Source: Podarcis muralis
Taxonomy: Eukaryota
Reading direction: 5' to 3'
Assembly (NCBI RefSeq): GCF_964188315.1
Contig: NC_135666.1
Span: 35,092,001 to 35,156,000 of the forward strand
DNA length: 64,000 nucleotides
Shown here: positions 25,856-37,746 of the stretch, piece after piece
Numbering within the stretch: position 1 is the stretch's first letter
Layout: the number at the start of each line of letters is the position of its first letter
The notes under the pieces: model-generated
Database searches by the model: none
What the model was told of the DNA's origin: nothing
The model's input: the letters and a program-made list of their open reading frames with translations, nothing else
Made by a program: the position numbers and the translations under genes

Positions 25856-26056
25856 AATGGCGTTTCCATGCATTCTGGCTTCCATCACAGTGTTCTGTTG
25901 CACCAGAAGTGGTTTAGTCATGCTGCCTACATGACCCAGAAAGCTGTCTGTGAACAAACACCGGCTCCCTTGGCCTGAAAACGAGTCGAGTGCCGCAACC
26001 CCATAGTCACCTTTGACTGGACTTAACCGTCCAGGGGTCCTTTATCTTTTTTTTAC
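25536..26056 (+). mobile_element. Sauria SINE, full length, split by an L2 tail insertion (about 25718-25852)
   Basis: SINE head from 25536 to ggcaggaagg; SINE body resumes at gtaaatggcgtttcc (25853); tail ends about 26056. Confidence 0.88.
25718..25852 (+). mobile_element. L2 3' tail nested in the Sauria SINE
   Basis: gcagtcctgtttagggaagc...cccagccagatgggcagggtataaataataag(tag)n matches the L2 tails at 48262-48432 and 55270-55530. Confidence 0.8.
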
Positions 26057-26158
26057 TAGTAGTTTGTTTCTGAGCTCAATTCTAGATTCTGGCTGAGCAG
26101 TTGGAGCCAAGGTTCCTTAGGAATCAACTCATCCAGTACAAACCTACTGACAATCATT

Positions 26159-26159
<1 letters not shown>

Positions 26160-26191
<32 letters not shown>

Positions 26192-26222
26192 ATAATAATA
26201 ATAATAATGATGATGATGATAA
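26160..26222. repeat. Compound microsatellite (ACT)n(AAT)n(GAT)n
   Basis: Direct reading. Confidence 0.95.
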
Positions 26223-28536
26223 TTACAAAGGTCCTGCCCAGCAATGGTTTCCCAAATTGGCCTTTGCTTATGTTTTTTTAATGGCTGGTCTTACTGTTCT
26301 TATGGTGGATTGTTTTATGTATTGAAGTTGCTTTATTTTGAACTGCCTTGAGTATATTCTGGTGCAGAAAGGTGGAATAGAAATTTCTGAAATAAATAAA
26401 TTCCTTATTACCAAGAAGAGCATTTATAAAGCACTGCTTGAGGCTACATTAATCAGAGGTTTCAAGTACAGAAATGGATTCAGGAGCAGTCAGGGTGATG
26501 AACTTCTGGCCAGAATTGGCTAGACTTAACCAATCCTGGTTATCCTTATACTTGTCAATGAAAAAGATTCATAAATACATCAGGCATAAAATGCATACAT
26601 ATTTATTATTTTTTGTATGCCGCCTTTCCACAGCTCAAACCATGCTCAAGATGGCTTACAAGATGAAAAAATACGTAACTACCAAAAGTAGTCATAAACA
26701 ATAAATAAAACACTACCAAATGAACAATTTCCACACATATCACAGCAAGATCTAAAACAAAGATACAAAAACCAACAGCAACAAAAAAAACCCAGACCAC
26801 ACTGCATGGAGAGGAGCGAGAACTGGCCCCTGCCATGACCCAAAAGTGGTCTACTCTTCAGTATCTGCATGTTAAGTGGGATATGTAAAACGACTGCCTT
26901 TCACATGTCCTGCTCAACACACAGACATTGTGGAGCCTGCGGATGGGATGGTGACATCAGGAATGGGGCTGTTGAGCTGGTGATTTAAGCTATAGACCTG
27001 GTTATTTTACCCGTGATGCCCGTATGATCAGGGTATCAGCTTTCTTGGCAAATGTGAACAAGCATTCTCTCAAATATTGTAATCATATGCACATTATGTA
27101 GAAGAAGCACTTAATATTATGTAGAGCTAATACCTGCATCAGAGAGTTCGTAGAATTTCACAGAGCTCATGACCTCAACATGAGCTTCCGCATTAAGACA
27201 GAAACCCATTTTGATATTAAAAAGCCACATTTTACAACATGTCTAACTTTGACCTTTTATGCAGATGCCTGTGCTTGCTGATAGGGGCTGACAGCTATTG
27301 TTAGAGCTATCAACCTTCAGTTCTATGCTTGATCTTATTTACTTCCTGAGAATTGTATTTTGTCTAAGAAAATTAGACCTGTCACTCTTCTGATTTGATG
27401 TTTCTCTACAAGTCTTAACCACAGAAAGTGTGTCTGTCTGTGCTACACCTTCCACTCTCTTTCTTAAACAATAGACGGGAGAGATTTCTCTTTAACAAAT
27501 ACAGATGAAATCCTTAAAGCAAACTATTACTGGAAGAATAAATAGAACATAGTAAGCTTTACAAGTCTGAAATATTTTATTAATTATTCTAGTTCATTTT
27601 ATTGTTGGTTTTTGGTTGTACCTTAGAAAGGGTGAGGAAAGTAAGTCTTAAAACAGGTGGTGGTGGTGGAGAAATATGTGCAAAATTAACTTTGCAGATT
27701 CCAGAAGCGAGCATCCAGTCTTCCAAGCACAACGTGTTATTGCAGATGGTAGCCAACTGAACAGTGTTTTTTCTTATTCAAGCCATTTTAACTGCACTTA
27801 AGTGAAAAACCAGAGGGAAAGGGGGTGGGTTGAGGAAGCTTACAAAGCTAAAAGGCTACATTTTCACTTCACCAGTTGCAATCATGAGTAACTGTAAATG
27901 TAAGATAATTCACACAGATAATCATCCTTTGAAAAAAGTGCTGGTTTGAGTAAACATGATTTGAACATGCTTTCTTTCACATTCCTTCTTCCCTTCTATC
28001 CACTCCTCTGTTATAGACAATATAATTTAGGTGCTACCGTACAACGCTCACGCAGAAGAGTTATTTATTTTAAAATAACTCCAACCGAGAAGAGATGCTT
28101 TAAAGTGTGAGGTGATTGTCTGCATCATGTGTTATTTACTTGCTCCAGCTTCTCTCCCCTCTCCTGGCCATGTGCTGTCTTTCTAAGTTGTAAAAATTCA
28201 CTCACAGCAGGAAACTTAATGGCTTTACCTGTCTTTATTCAGCATTTTCAAATTGTGCCATCCGCGCGCAGGTGTACCTAGCTTTTGTGCAAGGCTCTTT
28301 TTGTTATTGTTCGGCTCCTACCTGCTCAAAATCTGTCAAGAGCCTATTTGTATGCACACAGTTAATGTGGTAGAAATAAAAGCCACAACCTGTCAAATAA
28401 ACTCCCTGCACCTGTATGGAGCAGTTAAATTGTTCCATCTACCATTCTTCTCTCAGATCAAAGGGGTCCTTACTGTGAGGGGCTCCAGAGAAATAAAGAA
28501 AATGATAGACCTTCTTATCCTTAAAGGGGAGGGGTG

Positions 28537-28540
<4 letters not shown>

Positions 28541-28594
<54 letters not shown>
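28541..28594. repeat. (GA)n microsatellite
   Basis: Direct reading. Confidence 0.95.
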
Positions 28595-28597
<3 letters not shown>

Positions 28598-28699
28598 GAC
28601 TTGTTCAACTACCTGAAGGAGCTTTTTTGTTTGGCATGGACACAACGTGAACACATTCTTTCACATTAAGAGCTGCAGAGGAAGAAATTCATTCACTCC

Positions 28700-28946
28700 C
28701 TTTTATGGTGACGTAGCCATGGCATTCATGTGTTTTTAACCTTGAATAATGTTTGTCTCTAAAGCTCCAAACAAGTTTTATCCTGTCCACAGGTCAGTTT
28801 TGTTACAAAGGCCAATTAGCAGTGCTACCTTAGCCTGCAGCAAAAAGCCAAGTAATGGTGGGGGCAAGCCCCATGGAGAGGTGATGAATAGCCCATAGAG
28901 CTATAATTTGAGAGAGGAGGAAAAGGGGGCTGGGGTGGGGAGGGGG
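28700..28946 (-). promoter_or_regulatory. Candidate promoter cluster (G4 motif, CRE-like site, TATA-like box)
   Basis: G5-CT-G4-T-G4-A-G5 at 28925-28946; TGACGTAG at 28709-28716; ATAAAAG on the minus strand at 28700-28706; lies in TE-poor DNA. Confidence 0.3.
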
Positions 28947-31632
28947 CTTTGAAGCATTTACCTTACATGGAACTCCATTGTCACTGCAGGCTGTTTGATC
29001 TTAAAATAATTTACTTAATGATCTCACCATGGAAGCAACCGGCAGAGGCGAGATTAGGTTGTAAGGGCCTAATGGACATGGGAAAAACTTTAAATTATTC
29101 CACCAAGAAAAAAGTACGCACAGGATTGTGATTTTGCTCTTTGAATAGGCAAAGCTGCCTGTAACACTGACTTTGCATATGCTGTCAGAGGAAGTCAGGA
29201 GAATATCCAGCATTTGTTTAACGTTCCTTACCGTTTTAATACCTGTCATTTGACTTTTTACATAAATCACTGAGATTAGGGTTCTGTTCTTCAAATATTA
29301 AATAATTCCTTGTTCCAAACTTCCATTGCCAAAAATGCTCGTTTCACAGCATAATTATTCACAAAAGGACATTTCAGGATAAATGTAGGAAATTAGCTTT
29401 AGGGGGATTTGATGGAAGTATGAGATGGCTGTGGCTGAGATCCAAAGGAAAGCTTCAGTGTGTGCAGTGCTTTTTATTTCTTTTTTTCTTTTTCCAAATA
29501 GCAAATCCATACACACTGCTTTTAAAAGTCCATGAAAGGATAAAATGTTTAGGAAATCTAAGACCAAAGCCCCTATACTAGTTTATACTATTCTTTGATC
29601 TCAACTCATAGTAAGGGTGCAACCTTGGTATTTGTTTTTTAATGTACCGGTACTTTTTAGCATCCAAAAAGCTATGTTTTACAGCACACAGTGTACAGCT
29701 GCTGTAGAGGCATTCACACTGTAAAAGTTTATCATGAAGAATCACTTTACAATACTGCATATTGAGAAACTGCAAAGCCTTTCATAATACCCATAGAATA
29801 GTACCTGGCTACATTAAATGGAAATGAAGGGCTGCACTCAACAAACTCTTACTCAGAATAGGCACATTGAAATGAAATGCCATGGCTAACTCAAGTCCAT
29901 TAATTTCAGTGGGTCTACTCTGATGAAAGGTTAGCTGAATGCAACTTATGATGCACTGCCTATTCTGAGCATACCAGTCGCTAACCTTTTTAACTAGTTC
30001 CAAATACAATGAGTCTTAAATACAATAAGTTGTGTTATTTCCTGTACTTATATATCTGTTTGTTGTGTTGTTGAAAAAAAGATAATAAGGCAGAAGTGAG
30101 ATATTAGATTGTGTCTAAAATAATTTATTGTTTGTTCTGCTATATGCACTTATGAAAGACAGAAGCATTTTAACGTGTGGATTTTATTAAAAGAGATACA
30201 GGCATTTTCGTTAAAATAAACAATTACCAACACTGTTAGAGTGTTCAATGCACTGAGTGCTGCTGCCCTACAACTTTCATTTTTTATTCAAAATGCTAGT
30301 AGAGTCCGGACAATTCTCTGCATGCACTCAAAAGACATTATGAGGGGAAACCAGACAGGCTAGCCTCGCCTCCTGCCACTGATATACCATGTGACACACA
30401 CACACACACACTGACATACACTCTTCATGAGAAGAGGCTCTATGTGTGCAGTTCTCTACACAAGGGGGGTTGGGGCAATGACTGGGTCATTCACTCTTGC
30501 ATGGAGGCACTGTATGTGTGAGTTTGTGGCAACTATGAATGGCAAGAGGCATGACTCCTGGGTGCAAGCAGGGGAGAGGAGGCTTAGCAAGCCCCTCTCA
30601 CACATTCTTGGAATCTGTTGGAATCTGTCATTTGAACCTTTCCCTCGCCCAACTGTGTTTAACTCAGCTTGCCATATCTGGCTCAAGCCTTGAATGTGCT
30701 GTTGTGAGTCACAGGATATTCAAGATTATTCTAATTTCTGGTGATGAGGAATCTGTCCATCACAAAATACTGAAAACCAAGCCACCTTCTTTGAGGGGAC
30801 CAAAAGGGCTTTTGATTGGGACAAATGCTTACATGAGGGTCTACATACAAGAGGGTTGCTTGATGCAGGAGAGCTGTAAAAATGGAGAAGTTGAAAAGCC
30901 TGGATTAGCCAGAGGAAGAGATAACCTTCACACAATATTTATATGGGATGTCAAGATTGAGAGGCAACTGCTATGTTTGGATGTCATAATAAACCATTGT
31001 TTACTGTGATGGAAATGAACTACAACAGTTCTCAAGTCCACACACTCCCTCTTGTCCTTCAGAGCAACTATGAGATCAGAAGCTTTAATCTTAACGATGG
31101 TTTGATCAAACAAGCCAGCTTTCCCACTTGCGATTTGACGTTGCCTTGTTTCAAACAAACCATAGTTAATATTAACCGCAGTTTGTGTGTTCAGAAGAAA
31201 TGACAAGCTCTGTTTGATATTAAAAAAATAAAAATGCAGAGGCTCCTTTGACATCTAAATGCAGCCACTTTTATTTCATTTCACTTTCTAAATATCATGT
31301 CATATAAATTCTGAAGAGTGCAATTGTTCCATCATTTATGCCCATGCAACGATGCTTTCAGCATGATTAAGCAAAATAAATGCATATCAGGACACTTTTG
31401 TCAGCATAATGCCACATCTATATTATACACCTTGAGCTGCATTTCAATTCTCCCACAGCAAGGATACAAATTGGAACATGAAAAGAGTGCTCACAAAGGG
31501 GCAGCAATTCTGTTATATTTTGCTCTTTTACAGTAATCCAATTTATTCACAGATGTCCCTATTATTCTCTGGCATCCTAAAGGCAGAGATGGTAATGTTA
31601 TAACCTTATTAAGGGACTCTAAACATAGCACT

Positions 31633-31990
31633 GGGGACGCGGGTGGCGCTGTGGTCTAAATCACTGAGCCTAGGGCTTGCTGATCGGAAGGTCGGCGGTT
31701 CGAATCCCCGCAACGGGGTGAGCTCCCATTGCTCGGTCCCTGCTCCTGCCAACCTAGCAGTTCAAAAGCACATCAAAGTGCAAGTAGATAAATAGGTACC
31801 ACTCCGGTGGGAAGGTAAACAGCATTTCCGTGCGCTGCTCTGGTTCGCCAGAAGTGGCTTAGTCATGCTGGCCACATGACCTGGAAGCTGTAAGCCGGCT
31901 CCCTCGCGAGTAAAGCGAGATGAGCGCCGCAACCCCAGAGTCATCCGAGACTGGACTTAACTGTCAGGGGTCCTTTACTTCTACCTTTTT
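31633..31990 (+). mobile_element. Sauria SINE, full length
   Basis: Complete head, body and tail; degenerate 12-bp TSD aaacatagcact / aaagatagcacc. Confidence 0.92.
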
Positions 31991-33855
31991 AAAGATAGCA
32001 CCAGATTTAGGTAGTGCAGGCAGTTCACCTGCAAAGGGCTCTGAGCTGAGGGGGTGCAAAATTGAGAAGATCCATAACTGAGAAGATCTATTTGGCAGCA
32101 CCAAATTTTGGGCTCATTCAGGGCACCATATTACCAAACATTATCAAAATCCACCCCTGTTAGACACCTCAGGTGATGAGGCATTGCAGGGATAACCATG
32201 CTAGCTCTGATCTCCCGCATCACCTTAATGAGTTGGGAAACATAACTTTGGAAGCAAAGAGCCTGGTGTACTTTTGTAGGCTCCCTGTGCAGTGTACAGC
32301 TCTTATTTTGAATTCTCCACCATGATCTGCAGATCAGTTCTTAGGAAACCTTTGAGATATGTGTTGAACCAAAAGGGAGAAAACTGCGATCTCAACTTAT
32401 CAGAAACCAAAATATTTTTGAGGCCCATTGACTGCAGTGGGGGAGATGAGTACCGTATTGCATCTGATCTCATTGATCTACAAGGGACTTACTCCTAAAT
32501 AAATTTGTGTTGGGTGACTTTAGGTCCCATGGAAATCATTGGGAAGTGCTAAACTGTCATCATAGATGGGAGTTATTAATGACACACATTTAAGGACAAA
32601 CTGTTAATAAACAATGAAGAAGAAGAAAAACTTGTATTTGAATCTAAGGCAAGTTCAACAATCCAAATTATACAACTGACATATGAGAATATCTACTCTG
32701 GATATTCATCCCTTTAGTGCTTAGGCACTAATCTAAGCAATCACTCATTTTTACTATTGTGTAGTTTGTATTTAATAAGCTATTTAATTAACTCAGGTCC
32801 TGCATTCTGCTAGAAGGATCTAGAGAGCTGTTCTAAGTGACCTTTTTGTTTGACATGCTAGAATTCTACCAGCTAATCTATTTCACTATTATCAGTGTCA
32901 GGCCTTTTGTCTTACCTTGATGGCAAATGGCCACTTTTTAGAACTTAGTGTTAAGATGTGTTTGAATACTTTTCAATCTGCTGAAGTGTTTTAAGACTAC
33001 TAATATTACTCTGAGAATTGACTTGCTTGAGAAGGAGGGTTAGTGCTCTGCATAAAACCTGCTTTTTAAACTCCTTCAGAAAGGGTCAAAGACCAGGAAA
33101 TGCTCTCTCTATAATTCTCGTTTTCAAGTGAATTGGCCATGGCAACTGCATGAAGAATGTAAGTGTGAATTTCATTATGTTCCAGAAACCTTTAACTTAG
33201 CATCATAATGACTCACAGTACAACAGAATTCAACTGCAACCATTTTCAATGCAGCATACTTTAATTTATAATTTAATAAAGCAGCATTTTAACTGTAGTT
33301 ACTTTCAAACACAGAGAAAGAAATGGTTGATTTGATAGCTACTAAATGCATCCTTTTGCATGTTACCTGAAAAAATATCCTGTGCTTGCTGACAGGTTAA
33401 ATGTATACTCTACACAGAGAACCAGCCTTTGTCTTTGTAAGACCGCAGCAGCCTTCACAGCTTTCTTATTATTTTAAACCTCTCCATTGTCTTCTAAACA
33501 CCATAATTAGAAGCTGAAACTCTTATGGCAAACCAAACTCAATAAATTCCCATAATAAACAAAATATTTTAGTGTTGCTCAACAAGTGACCTATGTAGTC
33601 CAACATGCTACAGCTTTCCTTTCTGTGTTTTAGGTCTACTGTTTTCCCTTTACCGACCCTTCCATGAATCAGTGCAATCAACTGCTACAATGTTATCTGC
33701 CAAAATATACAATCATATTCATGCTATCCCCCATAATTACTGAATCTCTTTCCTCCTCTTTCCCACATGCAGACCCAGCACCACCAGCATATAACATCCT
33801 TAGACAGCTGCCGGAGTTCTATCAGGGACCGCTGCCATAGGACAAAGGACCCCAA

Positions 33856-33863
33856 TGACGTCA
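33856..33863. promoter_or_regulatory. Perfect CRE palindrome TGACGTCA
   Basis: Exact motif overlapping a ccaat; function untested, and it may lie in a TE remnant. Confidence 0.3.
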
Positions 33864-35160
33864 CTTAGGGGCACTTTGCACAGAACCCCCTCAAATCTGC
33901 AGCCAGTCCTGCCCAGTCCCTACAAGCTAGCTTTTCTGCTTAGCTATTGAGTTTACACAACCTTCTTTTTCTAGCAGGGCTCTTGAAAGCTTCATGGCAG
34001 ATGTAAGAGGCAGATTTCACAATCACTGCATCCCGAAGCTATGTATGGCAGTACCACATGTATAACTATGGGGCTTTCAGTGGTACAGGAGCCCTGATAG
34101 AACAAACACGTAGCACACACACCTCTCAGAACAGCTCAGTTCACTCTGGTAAGTCAGTCCTGCTGCTTTTAAGTCTTGCCTGTGGTCTGCTGACAGAAAT
34201 CCTCAGCTTCACTATAACAACCTCTTCTTCACAGTGTTAAATGCTTGTTGCAACTGTGGTAATCACAGTCAGCCAGACAGATAACAGGACCTTATGCAGA
34301 TGGGTGCAATAGGAAAAGTCACCATTAAAAATAATTCATTAGTGTGGCTCCATAGCCCAGATACAAGCTGTGGTAGCAACAGGGGAGATTTTTTGTATGG
34401 CAGGAAGTGATCTCAATAGTTTACTCTTCTAGCAATTAAGGGGTATGAGTTAAGGAAAACTTGCAGAGTTAGGATCTGCAAGTCTCAGCAGGATTAGCCA
34501 TGTGTATGCCTGTCTTTATGTTTATAATATATACTCCTATCTGCTATTAGTGATAGAAGTTGGTCCACCCTCTTCTATAAACACAGTTATAGAACTTAAT
34601 GAGGAAATTTCTGATTTCAGGAAGCCAATGCTGCTGTGCATTCTATTTTACCCCAACATATACCTCATCTCCAGATCTTTAAATGGTGAGGAAAGTTAGC
34701 CAAAGGGGAAATGAGAGTTGCATGAACAACGTTTAAGAGCTTGATGATGTTGTAACTGTATCAAGCTTGTAACTGCCTTGGTCCTCAATCATCGGATGTG
34801 CAGTACTAGTTATCTCATTTGCGATCTACCTGTTCGCATAACATCCAAGCTCTTCCTATGCATTCAAAGGTAAAGATAATTACACAGTATTGTTTTCTTC
34901 ACCCCTAGCCCAAAGGGAAACACCCTGTTTGTTTGATTGGTGGTGGGTTTTGTTTTTGATCATTTATTTTATGCCAATGGGTACAGGGACATAAGCCAAT
35001 AAGTTACTGAAACAACTGAGCACTGCATTTAGAATTAAGTATGGTGGAGCTTCCTAGTCTCTCAGCTTGGGACTTTAAGGTCTGTACCCAATAAACTGTT
35101 GGTAGCTTTATGGCTTCAGCTTTCTAATGGAATGTGGTTAGCAGGTCTAGGGTAGTTGTA

Positions 35161-35397
35161 AAGGTAAAGGGACCCCTGACCATTAGGTCCAGTCGTGACT
35201 GACTCTGGGGTTGCGGCACTCATCTCGCTTTATTGGCCGAGGGAGCCGGCGTACCGCTTCCGGGTCATGTGGCCAGCATGACTAAGCCGCTTCTGGTGAA
35301 CCAGAGCAGCACATGGAAACGCCGTTTACCTTCCCGCTGGAGCGGTACCTATTTATCTACTTGCACTTTGACGTGCTTTCAAACTGCTAGGTTGGCA
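35161..35397 (-). mobile_element. Sauria SINE, 5'-truncated
   Basis: Body and tail on the minus strand; perfect 10-bp TSD ggtagttgta at 35151-35160 and 35398-35407. Confidence 0.92.
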
Positions 35398-37374
35398 GGT
35401 AGTTGTAGATACACCCAAATAATATGGCAGCCTCTCCTATATAAACTTTCATCTTGGGGAAAACAGGAAAATGTTCCATATTCAAAGTTTATTAGCATGG
35501 CCATGCTTTGATCCTGTGAACACTTACTAAGTAGACTTACTATGCACAGTTGAACACAGTAAGAAATGATTACAAGGAAGCATACAATGGACATCATTGC
35601 GGACCTGGCATCGGAGACTCTGGGGTTCACATTTTTTGCTCAAGTTATGAACTTTCCAGGTAGACCTAGACAGGGAAGTGTCCTGGCACTGATTCTCCCT
35701 TTATAAAATGTTCACAAAATGACATCACATTGTTATGGACTGTGTTCTACCAAATGTAGCTCATAAACTCAACTGAACTAACAGTGAACTCCCCTTCGCA
35801 GTAACTGAGAGACAATAACTACAACATTTTGCATACATTAAGCACAGAACTTAATGTTATATGCTTATTTTTATTACAGAAAAGCTACTTTGGGAGGGGC
35901 AATTTTGGAGGAGATAAATTATGGGAGCAGCGCTTAAGCTTTTTCTGTTGCAGCTTCTCCCAATCTGCTCTCTCTTGCACACACACACAGATGCATGTCA
36001 GGTTAAGCAAGCATGTGTACTGGAAAACCTGTGGAGAAAGGAAGTGGTAGAAAAGTGGCAAAAGAAAGGATTCACATCCTCTCAGCCCCCCCCCCCCCCC
36101 CGTATTTCTTTGCTCCAAATTGCCAATCCAAAAGTCAAAAGTGATTTTCTCTAGGAAACGTGGCCATCCCTATTTTTGTAGACATGTTTGCATGTCATAT
36201 TCCATAAAGCACTCAGAATACAATATAAAAAGCTAGATGTGGCGGCTTTCTGTTATCTGAGAGAAAGGGCCGAGCTTTCGGGTCTTACAAAAATAGCACT
36301 GAGAATAAATGTGCAAAGATTTAGTGATGACAGAGCTGCAATATCAGGCCCTTAAACTTTACAAGTGATATTCAGTATAAATGTACAAAGGCAGAGGAAA
36401 AGCATACATTGACTTTCAGGACTCCTGGAGGTGGGAGAGAAGTACAAAACACGCTTTTCTTTAACCACAACAGCAATCTTCTAACAGCATACCCACTCAC
36501 TCAAAAGCTCAGAACTCAAGGGCTGATAATCATCTTTCGGCTCAGGTTATTGCATGCAATTTTTTCACATTCATTCAGCTTTTCTTCATACAGCTCTTAG
36601 TAAAGTAACTCTCTTAACAATAAAAGCTTTTATTGTGGCCCATTACAGTGGAGAACTAACCACTCCTATTTTTTTATTTTTTTTATTGGCTTTTTGGAAT
36701 ATTTATAGCAGTCTTTGTTCTCTTTGCAAGCTTATGCAGTTGGGTGTGTATGGCCATTTGGGGGTGAGGGTGCCGGAGAGAGCTGCAATTCAGTATATTT
36801 TACATTTGTGAGGTTTAAAGTTTTATCCCTGTTTTTCTACCATATATTCTTTATGATTGCCACTCACACGAGCATTTCTCCCCCGTCTTCGCTGTTTAAT
36901 GTTCAAATATATGCAGGTGGCCAATTTTCATTCCACGTTGCTTGGCATAAAACTTTATATGCCACAGTGCTTCTTCCTGACAAACTGGTTGTATTGTACA
37001 CAGAGGTGGAGTTGAAGCCGGCTATTAGGAACAACGCAAAATCCCTTCGCTTCAAAAAAGCGGATTAAATTTCACGTGTATGGACTTCACTTTTTAAAAA
37101 CAAAACCCCATAAGGGGGGGTGGGGGGGAATCCACATAGTACGGTGAATGGGCACTTTGGCATTGATTGGCTGACTAATCACAATAGCTCTCAGGAAAGT
37201 GAGTTATTCAAACACATATGTTCACATTACTTGTCATACTTGTAATTGTCTAAATACAAAAGAGGTGGTCTTATTGCAGAGAGCTGGACCTCCTGTCATG
37301 GTTTTATATTCCCTTTTAGCTTTCATTCTTTTGTTTCCTTATTCATATCATTCCATATTATTTTATTCTGGTGC

Positions 37375-37450
37375 GGCAGCCATGTTAGACAGTTGTAGAA
37401 AAACAACAAAGAGTTCTGTGCCACTTTAAACACCAATTTATTTTTTGATG
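37375..37450 (-). mobile_element. Degenerate Penelope-like terminal fragment
   Basis: ggcagccatgttagacagttgtagaaaaacaacaaagagttctgtgccactttaaacaccaattta resembles the sauropsid Penelope terminal repeat and the reverse complement of 50400-50430. Confidence 0.45.
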
Positions 37451-37469
37451 ATAATTTATAAATCATAAT

Positions 37470-37746
37470 TTATTATTTATAAGCCGCCCATCTGGCTGGG
37501 TTTCCCCAGCCACTCTGGGCAGCTTCCAACAAGAGATTAAAAATACATTAAAACATCAGTCATTAAAAACTTCCCTAAACAGGGCTGCCTTCAGATGTCT
37601 TCTAAACGTCACATAGTTGTTTATTTCTTTGGCATCAGGTGGGAGGCATTCCACAAGGTGGGCGCCACTACTGAGAAGGCCTTCTGCCTGGTTTCCTGTA
37701 ACCTCACATCTCGCAGTGAGGGAACCACCAAAAGGCCCTTGGAGCT
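37470..37746 (-). mobile_element. L2 LINE 3' fragment
   Basis: Reverse complement encodes the ..RQKAFSVVAPTLWNA.. L2-type C-terminus plus the tail gctggggaaacccagccagatgggcggc. Confidence 0.85.

Noticed and set aside
28253-28669. 138-aa ORF with poly-(ER)
   Set aside because: Extended by the (GA)n microsatellite.
29001-29294. LFSWWN resemblance to a TRPM3 N-terminal exon
   Set aside because: Only a 6-residue match with no flanking similarity; considered chance.
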